This document shows positions 52,601 to 64,000 of a stretch of DNA of 64,000 nt, piece after piece. This stretch comes from Priapulus caudatus (taxonomy: Eukaryota), in contig NW_014577069.1 of assembly GCF_000485595.1 (NCBI RefSeq), forward strand, positions 253,124 to 317,123, given 5' to 3'. The notes under the pieces are model-generated. The model was not told the origin of the DNA. It saw only the letters and a list, made by a program, of their open reading frames with translations, and did no database searches. The position numbers were made by a program, and so were the translations under genes. How positions within the stretch are numbered: position 1 is the first letter of the stretch; every line of letters begins with the position of its first letter.

Positions 52601-54477
52601 TATATCAGCTTGGATATATACACGCACTCCCCGCTGACTTCTAATACAAAATAACGTCAGTTTGATGTTTCCTGTCAATACGTAAGAGCCGTGGGAATGG
52701 CAACCAAGAAAAGAGCAAGGACGACTTTTACCCATTTCGCAAGGGCAGTAGTAAGAGTGAGTATGCTACGTTTGACATCAATAAACTATCACTTGCGTAT
52801 TTTATAAAGTTAGGATAACCATACGAGGTTCAGCCTGACGATCGATGTTACACGCAAGTGCATGGTGTTCGTCATCGAAATACCGAGATTCACATTCCCC
52901 CACTACGTTGGTCGTACACGCTGCAATTATGATATATGTAAAATGACTGCTTGCTCGCCCTCTATACTTTCCTGGTAATTCTTACGCGGCTAATTTCCTC
53001 CCTTTATTTCATTAGCCTTCGTTAGGCCTAACCGTGTGTATAGGTCGTTCACCCAGGGAGTGAGTGGTTAACGCGTGGATGTAGGGGGGCCGGGAGGCAG
53101 ATATAGCTATAGTGTTCCCGTGGGAGCCCATGTAGAGTGGGTGGAGTACGCACAGTGGGTGGGTGATATAGCGGGCAGACACAACGGGGCAAGCTCCTTG
53201 TCTTACGTGGCCGCATATCACATTAGTATGGGGGGAGGATATCTCAACGCATTTTGCCTTATTTGTGTCGATTTACTTCGCAGTTCAGACAACAGAATTT
53301 AAAAATAATTAATTGAACACGAGACACATTCTGGATCTGGATGTGATGGCAATTTTGATTGAGATATCTGCTACCAGTACATATGCGTCGGCGGCCCTAC
53401 TAGATTTCTGCTAGTTTTGTGCTTTGTTTCTTTTTGGCCAGCCACCCTTTTCATTAGATTAACCCTCCTTCCCCATCTGGGCTCATTGGATAGATAAAGA
53501 TATCGTTTGAATAGTTAATATAGCCTTATGTTATAGGCGCTCGGTTGCCTGCAAGTATAATACCGGCATGTAAAAATCCCCGCGAGAGGGCGTGGCACTG
53601 CATTGTCGGTGGGGGCGCTTAGGCGGGGGAGTGCGGGGATGGGTGTGGTTGCAATGTCTGCCACCCCCCTGTGCGGCAATGTCATGGTAACGAGTGCTGA
53701 CTCCCCGGATTTCTAAGTAGCAATCGCAGGTTTTTGTGAAAATTCATGAGACGTAACCGGGTTAATTTGTGTCGTCGCCTTGTGCGTGAGGCGTAATATC
53801 GCCCCACAAACACACTGCCTTATAGCGAGATGTGTCACCACCACACATGTCGGCATACGCGCGTTGGTGACAGTAATCGCGTTGATCTGCTCACTCCCGT
53901 GTTACTGTGCTGCATACTGCTGGCTGACATTGTCTCTCTCTCTCTCTCTTTCTTTCTAACTCTCTCTCTCTCTCTCTCTTTCTCTTGATGCACCCTGTTT
54001 TACCACCAAGTGCCGGTGACTGAAATTGTCTCCGTAGCGGTATCTATTGTCTTGCCACGCTGTGTAGGTGGCTGCTTTTGTCTCTGTATCGATGTTAATT
54101 GTTTTACAACGATGTAGCTGCGCGTAACGTTATATCCATATAAAAGGCTTAATTACCACGATACCAATGGGTTGCGTTGTCTCCCATCGGTGTCTCCCTT
54201 TTTTATCATTGTGTATAGTGTATACTGGTAAATGGCATTGTCTTCGCATTAGTGCACGTAATTAAAAACACTGGTGGACGATAATACGCAAACGAAATGT
54301 CGAAATGTGAAAAATATCTAAGTAAGTGGCTGCATGGTTAAGGCGCGTATACGAAACAATAGGTCAGTAAAACGAGCTATCCCACAAATGTCGATTATTG
54401 AGGGAGATGATCTAGCTACCCGCAGCGACGATGTAAAAATTATTAAACTATATTATCGTAGAAAATATTAGTAATAT

Positions 54478-54609
54478 CAGGAGTGAATAATAGAGATAAT
54501 AGGTAATAGAGGTAATAGGTAATAGAGGTAATAGCTAATAGAGGTAATAGCTAATAGAGGTAATAGGTAATAGAGATCTAGAATAATAGGTCTCTATTAT
54601 TCACTCCTG
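54478..54609. mobile_element. 132-bp micro-palindromic element
   Basis: Perfect 19-bp TIR CAGGAGTGAATAATAGAGA, exact 7-bp TSD GTAATAT, internal TAATAG-based tandem repeats. Confidence 0.85.
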
Positions 54610-54612
54610 GTA

Positions 54613-54662
<50 letters not shown>

Positions 54663-56179
54663 GTGCGTGTGTGGCCGTGTGTGCGTGTGTGCCGTGCGTG
54701 CGTCGTGCGTGCGTGGCGTGCGTGCGTGGGTGCGTGCCGTCGCGGTGGCCGCTGAGCCAACCTCACAGCAGTACGGAATGCGTTAGATGTTGGCCAAGGT
54801 AGATAATAGGGAATCTATTATTCCTATTATCTACTCCTGAATGTTGGCGAATTACCGTGCGTGTGGCTGTTATATGCGTGACCTTAACCCTACAACCTCA
54901 CACGTTCCTATCTTGAAATTGAAATGTAAAGAAATATTAAAACACAAATAGCAGGCCCAATATCTTGCCACCTCGCGTGTCAGCTCTTTTTACGTGATCA
55001 TGGCTATTGCGAGACTAATTGGGTGTATACGTATATAGGTTGTGGATCACTTCTTACGCAAGCAATGCTGCCGCCCTGCGTAACACCGACGGGGTGAAAA
55101 GCGTTAGATCACAGGTCAACAAGTTAATAGCCAGCTGGGGTCCAGCGCATACGCACGCATAGAGAGTGTAGAGAGAGTGAAACACACGGTTGACTTCCAC
55201 CTCGGAGTTTCACACTTTTCTCGAATGGGCCCCGAGTTTTCGCACAAAAGGGGCGAGCGGGTGCTTAGATACGAATACGCATTCTCTATGGCTGGGCCGT
55301 CATTGAGAACGCATCGAGGCAGCAATTGTTGCTGCCTCCGCGCACGGACCATTTCATTGCAGGTATGTGGATCAGGTTGGTTACGCACATTGTGACGTAC
55401 AGAGATTGGCAACTGATCCCGCAACGTCATAACACAATGCCCCTGTTACGCGAACACGCTCCTGTGTTTCTGAGCAGCCTAGTTAGCCGATGTCAAGAGG
55501 TAGCTGCTAATTCTTAGTGATATATTATTGGTATGCCCGAATCGACCTGGCGTAGGTTTACTTAGGCTCTCCAGCAATTCCGAATCTTACTGTATATGAT
55601 GATTTGATTCGTATCGTGTGGCAGGATCATTGGAATAGGCATGTTAGGGTTGGCATGTTATGTCTTCAGAGTGATGTGTGTCGATGTGCGCTGTCCAGTA
55701 GGTTCGTACGATATCGCTATAGCTCTATGATTCGCAGCACAAGTGGCAGTATCGATGTTTATTCGGCTAACGTTCATCCCGATGTTGAAATATTGGAATT
55801 CGGTGTAAGTTGGTTGCCGATGGTGGGCTAAGATGTACTCATGCAGAATTGTAATTCATCGCTCGTGTATTTTTCCGCAGACATGTCAATCTCTGTGTGC
55901 ATAATACAATGATATTTCCATAAGAGCTCATAATATATAACGGTTATGTAAACATTAGCTGCTTCACCGTGCGAGTTCTCTTTGGTAAAAAGGGCCGGGT
56001 GTTTGTTTAAATTAGGGTGATGGTATTGAATATACTGAACCTATGTGAAAAAAAAAGCCATGCTCTTGTTCGAGTGACATTCATAGATAAACAAATTTCA
56101 AAAGCGAATGTTCGCTATACTACCACCTAAATAGAATTGATGAGCAAATCGTATAAGGTACATGCGTTCAATATAATAT

Positions 56180-56214
<35 letters not shown>

Positions 56215-56260
56215 CACACTGTGTGCAACATTAACGCCTGTCCCTAATGTTATATATATA

Positions 56261-56309
<49 letters not shown>

Positions 56310-58873
56310 CATATATATATATAATATATTATAAGCGCATAATTAGGGCAAGTGAAAGCTAGGTCACTCTGCGTTGTCATCATCACACACCCACGATGTG
56401 TACCTTGACACCAGGTGCGCTGTGTGAGAACACCATACCTGAATGAGAACAGTGTGGCTGTAAAATGTCGTTTGGTTCGTTAGTATGACTTCATAGGGTA
56501 ATTTGCGCGGCGATATTTTGTAGTTCAGCGATAAAGTGTTTCTCCTGGGAAGATAATCACATTCATGTGTAAACTGCAGGGTCCTACAAGTTCAATGCAC
56601 CAAAGCTGTGTTGGTGGCCTGTAACCAAAATACAGTAATCTAAATTATAGTAGCTTATGCACATAAAATAGGTAGCTATATGCACTAAGTTGCAGTTAAT
56701 TCCGGATGAAATTTTAGATCGAAGATTAGAAATGGGCATTAAAATGTAATCATTAACTGAAATAAACAGTTTAAAGTGCAGATAGCAAGGATCGATGCAA
56801 TGTCCAGTGTTGACTGAATCTGTATTGATATAGGCTGCCAGTCCGTGCGAATCTTTGTCTCCTGCGTTGAGTATGTGTGGCACACATTGGCACCGAGAAA
56901 GAGTTCCACGCGAAGAGCGAGTTGTGTCACCGATAGCAACTGAGGGCCGTGCCGATTGTGTTGAAAGAGCTGCGAGGGTTAAGCCGCGAGCGCGAGCACT
57001 CATCCCTCCCTCCCTCCGAACAGCCGACCGATTGTGTCATCTTCCTCTCGGTGGATAACTACAACACAGTGTGTTTGTTTGGCCTGAGAGAGCCGGCATT
57101 CTGGACAGCGGCCACACCGCGCGGGCGCACTGCGTGGTGGATGAAGACCAGCAGCCGGGGCCCCTTTGAGTTTCAACAGCATACTTGGCCCGCGCCACGC
57201 AGCAGCAGCCGCGCTCGCTCACAGATCTCATGCATGCTAATTCACAAGCGTCCGGCGCTCGCATANNNNNNNNNNACTCTGCGTTGTCATCATCACAGAC
57301 CCACGATGTGTACCTTGACACCAGGTGCGCTGTGTGAGAACACCATACCTGATGAGAACAGTGTGCTGTAAATGTCGTTTGGTCCGTTAGTATGACTCAT
57401 AGGGTAATTTGCCGGCGATATTTTCGTAGTTCACGATAACAGGGTTCTTCCTGGAAGATAATCACATTCATTGTAAACTCAGGGTCCGACAAGTTCATGC
57501 ACCAAACTGTAACCAAAATACAGTAATCTAAATATAGTAGCTATGCACTAAAATACGGTAGCTATATGCACCTAAGTTCAGTTAATTCCGGATGAAATTT
57601 TAGACAAGATTAGAAATGGGCATTAAAATGTAATCAGTTAAACTGAATAAACAGTTTAAAGTGCAGATAGCAAGGATCGATGCAATGTCCAGTGTTGACT
57701 GAATCTGTATTGATATAGCTGCCAGTCCGGCGAATCTTTGTCTCTGCGTTGAGTATGTGTGCACACATTGCACCGAGAAAGAGTTCCACGCGGAAGAGCG
57801 AGTTGTGTCACCGATAGCACTGAGGGCCGTGCCGATGTGTTGAAGAGCTGCGAGGGTAAGCCCGAGCGGGAGCCCTCATCCTCCCCTCCCTCCGACAGCC
57901 ACCGATTGTGTCCTCTCCACTCTCTGGATAAACTACAACAAAGTGTGTTTGTTTTGGCCTGAGAGAGCCGGCAGCTGGACACGCCACACCGCGCGCGCAC
58001 TGCGTGGTGGATAGAGACCAGCGAGCCGGGGCCTTTGAGTTTCACCTACTTGGCCCGGCCACGCAGCAGCAGCCGCGCTCGCTCACTCTCATGCATTGCT
58101 AATTCACAGCGTCCGGCGCCGCATTTGAACGCCGCTGGTAGTAGAGAGAGCAGCACTGTGGGGGCTATTGTCGTGTGCTTCAAGCGGGTCTACCGTGGCC
58201 TTGACGTTGTGTGCTGTCGTAGTCGTGTGTGCGTGCGAGCGAGAGCCAGCAACAGACGCTACCTGCACCGAGCGGTTCAAAATTCCCGTCTGTTGATGTG
58301 TCTTTTATTCGGATAAATCCGCGCGCAGGTATGTCCCAATCGCGTTTATAATCATAGTGATGTGAGCTGCGACTGTCAGCGACCGTTGATGTGTTATTTT
58401 TCACGACTTTCCCGCTCGTTAGTATTTGCCGTGCACACCTGAGCCGTTGTCATTGAGTTGACAAGCACACCCGATGGTAAATACCATGCAAACAACAGGT
58501 AATATATGCATATATATGGGCTCATAGCTAAGTTCACGAAAGAATATTTACATGTAAACAAGAATCACCAGCATTATTTATGCTCGTTACTGTGTGATAT
58601 TCATAAGAATAGTCTGCTGTACAAAGTGAGAGGTTCACTTGCCCCAATGGTTAAAATTTCGCAAAAATTTAATAATAAATTTTCTGTAAATTATGCTTCG
58701 AACTAATTATCAGCAGTCCAGGAGTAGACAGTAGCTCACGATTACCGTCGACCAGTTGTGGTGTCTATCAATCCCATACATCCATCACCCCCATCCATCT
58801 ATTCCATCTATTAATCCATTCATGCATCAATCGACCCATCCATCCAACGATCCGTCCAACAAATCCATTCATC

Positions 58874-58917
<44 letters not shown>

Positions 58918-58921
58918 CGTG

Positions 58922-58960
<39 letters not shown>

Positions 58961-59001
58961 CCCTGAGCCAACCTCCAGCGTACGGATGCGTTAGATGTTG
59001 G

Positions 59002-59046
59002 CAAGAGTAGATAATAGGGAATCTATTATCCTATTATCTACTCCTG
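59002..59046. mobile_element. 45-bp micro-palindromic element (duplicate copy at about 54795-54839)
   Basis: CAAGAGTAGATAATAGG...CCTATTATCTACTCCTG; exact 7-bp TSD ATGTTGG. Confidence 0.8.
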
Positions 59047-60195
59047 ATGTTGGCGAACTACGTGCGTGTGTGTTATATGCGTGACCTATAACCCTCAAAC
59101 CTCACACGTTCTACTTGAAATTGAAATGTAAGAAATATTAAAACACAAAGAGGCAGCCAATATCTGCCACCTCGGTGTCAGCTCTTTTTAAACGTGATCA
59201 TGCCTATCGCGAGACTAATTGGTGTAACGTATATAGGTTTGTGGATCACTTCTTACGCAAGCAATGCTGCCGCCCTGCGTAACACCGACGGGGTGAAAGT
59301 TAGATCACAGGTCAACAAGTATAGCCAGCTGGGGTCCAGCGCATACGCACGCATAGAGAGTGAGAGAGAGTGAACACACGGTTGACTTTCCACCTCGGGA
59401 GTTTCACACTTTCTCGAATGGGCCCGAGTTTCGCACAAAGGGCGAGCGGGTGCTTAGGATACGAATACGCATTCCTATGGCTGGGCCGTCATTGAGAACC
59501 ATCGAGGCAGCATTGTTGCTGCCTCCGCGCACACTTTCATTGGCAGGTATGTGGATCAGTGGTTACGCACATTGTGAGTACGAGATTGCAACTGATCCCG
59601 CAACGTCATAACACAATGCCCCGTTACGCGAACACGCTCTGTGTTTCTGCAGCCTAGTTTACCGATGTCAAGAGGTAGCTGCTATTCTTAGTGATATATT
59701 ATTGGTAGTCCGAATTCGACCTGGGCGGTAGGGTTTACTTAGGCTCTCCGCAATTCGAATCTTTACTGTATAGTGATGATTTGATTCGTATCGTGTGCAG
59801 GATCATTGGATAGGCATGTGAGGTTGGCATGTTATGTCTTCAGAGTGATGTGTGTCGATGTCGCTGTCCAGTAGGTTCGTCGATATCCTATAGCTTCTAT
59901 GATTCGCAGCACAAGTGCAGTATCGGATGTTTATTCGCTAACGTTCATGCCGATGTTGAAATTATTGGAATTCAATGGTAAGTTGGTTGCCGATGGTGGG
60001 CTGAAGATGTACCTTCATCAGATTGTATTCATGCTCGTGAATTTTTCCCAGACATTGTCATCTCCTGTGTGCATAATACAATGAAATTTCCATAATAGCT
60101 CATAATATATAACGGTTATGTACATAGCTGGCTTCACCGTGCGAGTTCTCTTGGTAAAAGGGCCGGGTTGTTTGGTTAAATTAGGGTGATGGTAT

Positions 60196-60262
60196 CAGGA
60201 GTATATAATAGAAGAGGCATCTATTATATAGGGTCTAGAGGGTCTTCTATTATATACTCCTG
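60196..60262. mobile_element. 67-bp micro-palindromic element, absent from the other copy of the duplicated block
   Basis: TIR CAGGAGTATATAATAGAAGA, exact 7-bp TSD ATGGTAT; empty site with a single ATGGTAT at 56020-56026. Confidence 0.88.
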
Positions 60263-62546
60263 ATGGTATGAATATACTGAACCTATGTGAAAAAATACCA
60301 TGCTCTTGTTTCGAGTGACATTCATAGATAAACAATTTCAAACGAATGTCTCGCTATACTACCACCTAATAGAATTGATGAGCAATCGTATAAGCGTCAG
60401 GTGTGGGCACGGCAAATACTGTTACGGAGCGGGAAAGTCGTGAAAATAACACATCAAACAGGTCGCTGAGCGAGTCGGGCGCCGCAGCTCACCTCACTAT
60501 GATTAATCGAAACGCGATCTGGGCAAGAACGTGCGCCGCGGGCATTTATCCGAATAAAAGAGCCAATCACCCTCAACAGACGGAATTTTGAAACCGCTCG
60601 GTAGGTAGCGTCTGTTTGCTGGGCTCGTCGCCGGTCCGCCCCGGGGGCGGACGGCGCCCACGGGCCCGACTCGACAGCACACAACGAGGTGGGCCATACG
60701 TCAAGGCCACGGTAGATGACCCCTGGAAGCACAACGACAATAGCCCCCACAGTGCTGCTCACCTTCTACTAGCCAGCGGCGTTTCAAATGCGGCGCCCGG
60801 AGCTGCTGAATCTAGCATGGCCTGAGAGTGAGCGAGCGCGGCTGCTGCTGGCGTGCCGGGCCCAAGTAGGTGAACTAAAGGCCCCGGCTCGCTGGTCTCT
60901 AAAATAATTAACGATAAAAAAAGAAAAAAGTGAAAGTTCCACCGGCCGTGCCGCACGCAGGCTTGGCGCGCGGTGTGGCGTGTCCCAGCTGCCGGCTTCT
61001 CTCAGGCCAAACAAACACACTTTGTTGTAGTTTTATCCCAAGGTGGGAGAGGACAGCAATCGGTGGCCTGTCGGAGGGAGGGGAGGATGAGGGCTCGCGC
61101 TTGGCTTACCCTCGCGTTTCCACCCTCGGCAACGGCCCTCAGTGCTATCGGTGACACAACTCTGCTCTTACCGCGTGAACCTTTCTCGGGTGCAATGGTG
61201 TGGCACACATACTCAACGCAGAGACAAAGATTCGCCGGCCTGGCAGCTATATCAATACAGATTCCAGTCAACACTGGACATTGATCGATCCTTGCTATCG
61301 TGGCACTTTACTGTTGGTATTTCAGTTTAAACTGATTACATTTCACTGCCATTTCTAATCTTGTTCTAAATTCAGCTCCGAATTACTGAACTTAGGTGCA
61401 TATAGCTACCGTATTTTAGTGCATTTACTTGTATCTTTGGTTACAGCCACACAGTTTGGTGCATGACACTTGTCCGGACCCTGAGTTTACAATGAATCTG
61501 TGATTATACCTATACCAAGAAGACACCCTGTCAACCCCATATCATGAACTACGAAAATATCGCGGCAAATTACCCTAATGGTCATACTACCGGACGCAAA
61601 CGAACATTTAGCAGCACACTGTTCCATCAGGTTTGGTGGTTCTCACACAGCGCACCCTGGTGTCAAGGTAACGATCGTGGGTGTCGTGATGATGACAACG
61701 CAGAGTGACCTAGCTTCAGCTGCCCTAATTATATATGTATAATCATATATATATATAATATTATACTTATATATATATATAAGCACTAGGGAAATGCGTT
61801 AATGTCTGCGTGTGCAATATATAATATATATTATATATGAATGCGCGCATGTACCTTGNNNNNNNNNNNNNNNNNNNNNNNNNNNNNNNNNNNNNNNNNN
61901 NNNNNNNNNNNNNNNNNNNNNNNNNNNNNNNNNNNNNNNNNNNNNNNNNNNNNNNNNNNNNNNNNNNNNNNNNNNNNNNNNNNNNNNNNNNNNNNNNNNN
62001 NNNNNNNNNNNNNNNNNNNNNNNNNNNNNNNNNNNNNNNNNNNNNNNNNNNNNNNNNNNNNNNNNNNNNNNNNNNNNNNNNNNNNNNNNNNNNNNNNNNN
62101 NNNNNNNNNNNNNNNNNNNNNNNNNNNNNNNNNNNNNNNNNNNNNNNNNNNNNNNNNNNNNNNNNNNNNNNNNNNNNNNNNNNNNNNNNNNNNNNNNNNN
62201 NNNNNNNNNNNNNNNNNNNNNNNNNNNNNNNNNNNNNNNNNNNNNNNNNNNNNNNNNNNNNNNNNNNNNNNNNNNNNNNNNNNNNNNNNNNNNNNNNNNN
62301 NNNNNNNNNNNNNNNNNNNNNNNNNNNNNNNNNNNNNNNNNNNNNNNNNNNNNNNNNNNNNNNNNNNNNNNNNNNNNNNNNNNNNNNNNNNNNNNNNNNN
62401 NNNNNNNNNNNNNNNNNNNNNNNNNNNNNNNNNNNNNNNNNNNNNNNNNNNNNNNNNNNNNNNNNNNNNNNNNNNNNNNNNNNNNNNNNNNNNNNNNNNN
62501 NNNNNNNNNNNNNNNNNNNNNNNNNNNNNNNNNNNNNNNNNNNNNN

Positions 62547-62585
<39 letters not shown>

Positions 62586-62873
62586 TGTGTGTGTGTGTGC
62601 ATGTGTAGAGAGAGACAGATCTGAATCGTCCTATTGGCGTACAATTACCGCTAATTCCGACTAGCCAGTCAAGTTCTGCAAACACAGTGATGACTTGGTA
62701 CGGATTGTTCGGATGTTCGTTGTGACATTGTCGGTGCATGTGCGTGCTCGTACACAGGCTCGTCCGAAGAGAGGAGGAGATTCAAGGCCCGAGAGTCAAC
62801 CCTGCCTGTAATAGGCAGCCACTTACCTGCGCTCGCATTGTCCCGGTGTTATACTCCACTTCCCGGAGAATTT

Positions 62874-62913
<40 letters not shown>

Positions 62914-63549
62914 CGCGTATAATTCTCGTTGAGAAGAGGTGTTCCTCGTGACTCTCTAGCGTGTTGTGTTTTCAGCCTATAAACTTGTTGTCTGAGAAGA
63001 GTACAGCGCTGAAGGAAGAAGTGTGTGTCTGTGAATTATATAGTTGTTGATGTGATAGCATCGTTTATTGGCAGCAGATGGTATGTGTTGCAAAATAATG
63101 ATATTAATTAACATCGTTTACAAGCAGGTGTTCAGTTGCAATCAGGATGCACACCTATACCGTATACACCTTATAACAGGTAGAGAGTTCTTGTAGATTG
63201 AGATATCAGATTTCTGCTGCTAATGAAAATTGTGCGTGACCGTCAATCAGCAAGGCAGTTTGGCGTCAGTCACGTTGTTATACATTTCATAGAATAGAGT
63301 GATTAGATCAAAATGAAAATAGGTGATTGTGGAAGTTTTAATTATGCGCGTCGATTAAATCTTTGCAGTTGGTCTTTGTCTGCGATACACAACGCGTGCG
63401 TATGTACACACACGCACGCACACACACGCACACACGCACACGTGAGCATGCACACACACGCACGTACGCGCACGTACACACACGCGAACATGTACACACA
63501 CGTACACCCAAACACACGCACGTACGCACGCGCGCGCACGTACACACAC

Positions 63550-63592
<43 letters not shown>

Positions 63593-64000
63593 CTCAACGA
63601 CTGCTCTCAATATCGCTCAGCTATGCACGCGCGGCCGTGCAACAATGCTCGACTTCGCTCACAAAGGCGTTACAGATGCAAAGTAGTGCGGAATGAGATC
63701 CAGCCGCAGGGTTTCGCAGACGCGCCTATGTGGACAGCGCGGGGCACGCCTGTCACCCTGCCGCGGGCATCGCACGAGAGCCGAACAAGTTCTCCTGGTC
63801 TCCAACATAATAGCCGTCACGTCGCCGACGTCCGTCCGGGCATTTCCGGTTCCTTCATCGTCGCGCCGCGCGCGCGAGTGCAAAATACAAATTCTAAATT
63901 GTGCAAAATAAAAATTCTAAATTAAATTCAATCCGAATCACGCGCGTCGGCGACAATGGTTCGATCGTTTGGACCGGTACGCGACCGGGTCGCAAGGAGA

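Larger units (their letters stand above)
54750..61858. repeat. Segmental duplication: A (54750-56155) repeated directly at 58960-60394; B (56156-58443) repeated inverted at 60395-61858; part of B (56366-57265) repeated at 57276-58124
   Basis: Colinear matches readable throughout, differing mainly by 1-bp indels; bounded by microsatellites and N-gaps. Confidence 0.92.

Noticed and set aside
54918..54940. miR-1-like string TGAAATGTAAAGAAATAT
   Set aside because: The seed is mismatched and no precursor hairpin is present.
56366..58124. Tandem duplication of about 0.9 kb
   Set aside because: The copies meet exactly at a 10-N gap and differ mostly by 1-bp indels, typical of unmerged overlapping contig ends.

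Overview
Repeat-rich, intron-containing animal genomic DNA, most likely an invertebrate draft assembly with six N-gaps and stretches of long-read-like indel noise. The only gene I can identify with confidence is a complete 12-exon, minus-strand PHAF1/C16orf70 (UPF0183) orthologue: CDS 21517->10344, 1281 nt, 426 aa, with a GC-AG first intron. The rest is microsatellites, minisatellites, non-autonomous DNA transposons (PIF/Harbinger-, hAT- and Helentron/HINE-like), a decayed Penelope-like retroelement, and a 54.7-61.9 kb block present twice, probably two haplotypes or a gap-fill mis-join. Most notable observations: (1) a family of very small (38-184 bp) hairpin insertions with CA...TG ends and 7-8 bp target-site duplications, including a filled/empty site pair; (2) a 111-bp intronic minisatellite made of copies of the exon-11 3' splice site; (3) a hAT MITE resembling mammalian MER5A1; (4) long fold-back inverted repeats centred on microsatellites. 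I see no CRISPR array, rRNA, convincing tRNA gene or new protein-coding system. Family assignments are from recall, not database searches.
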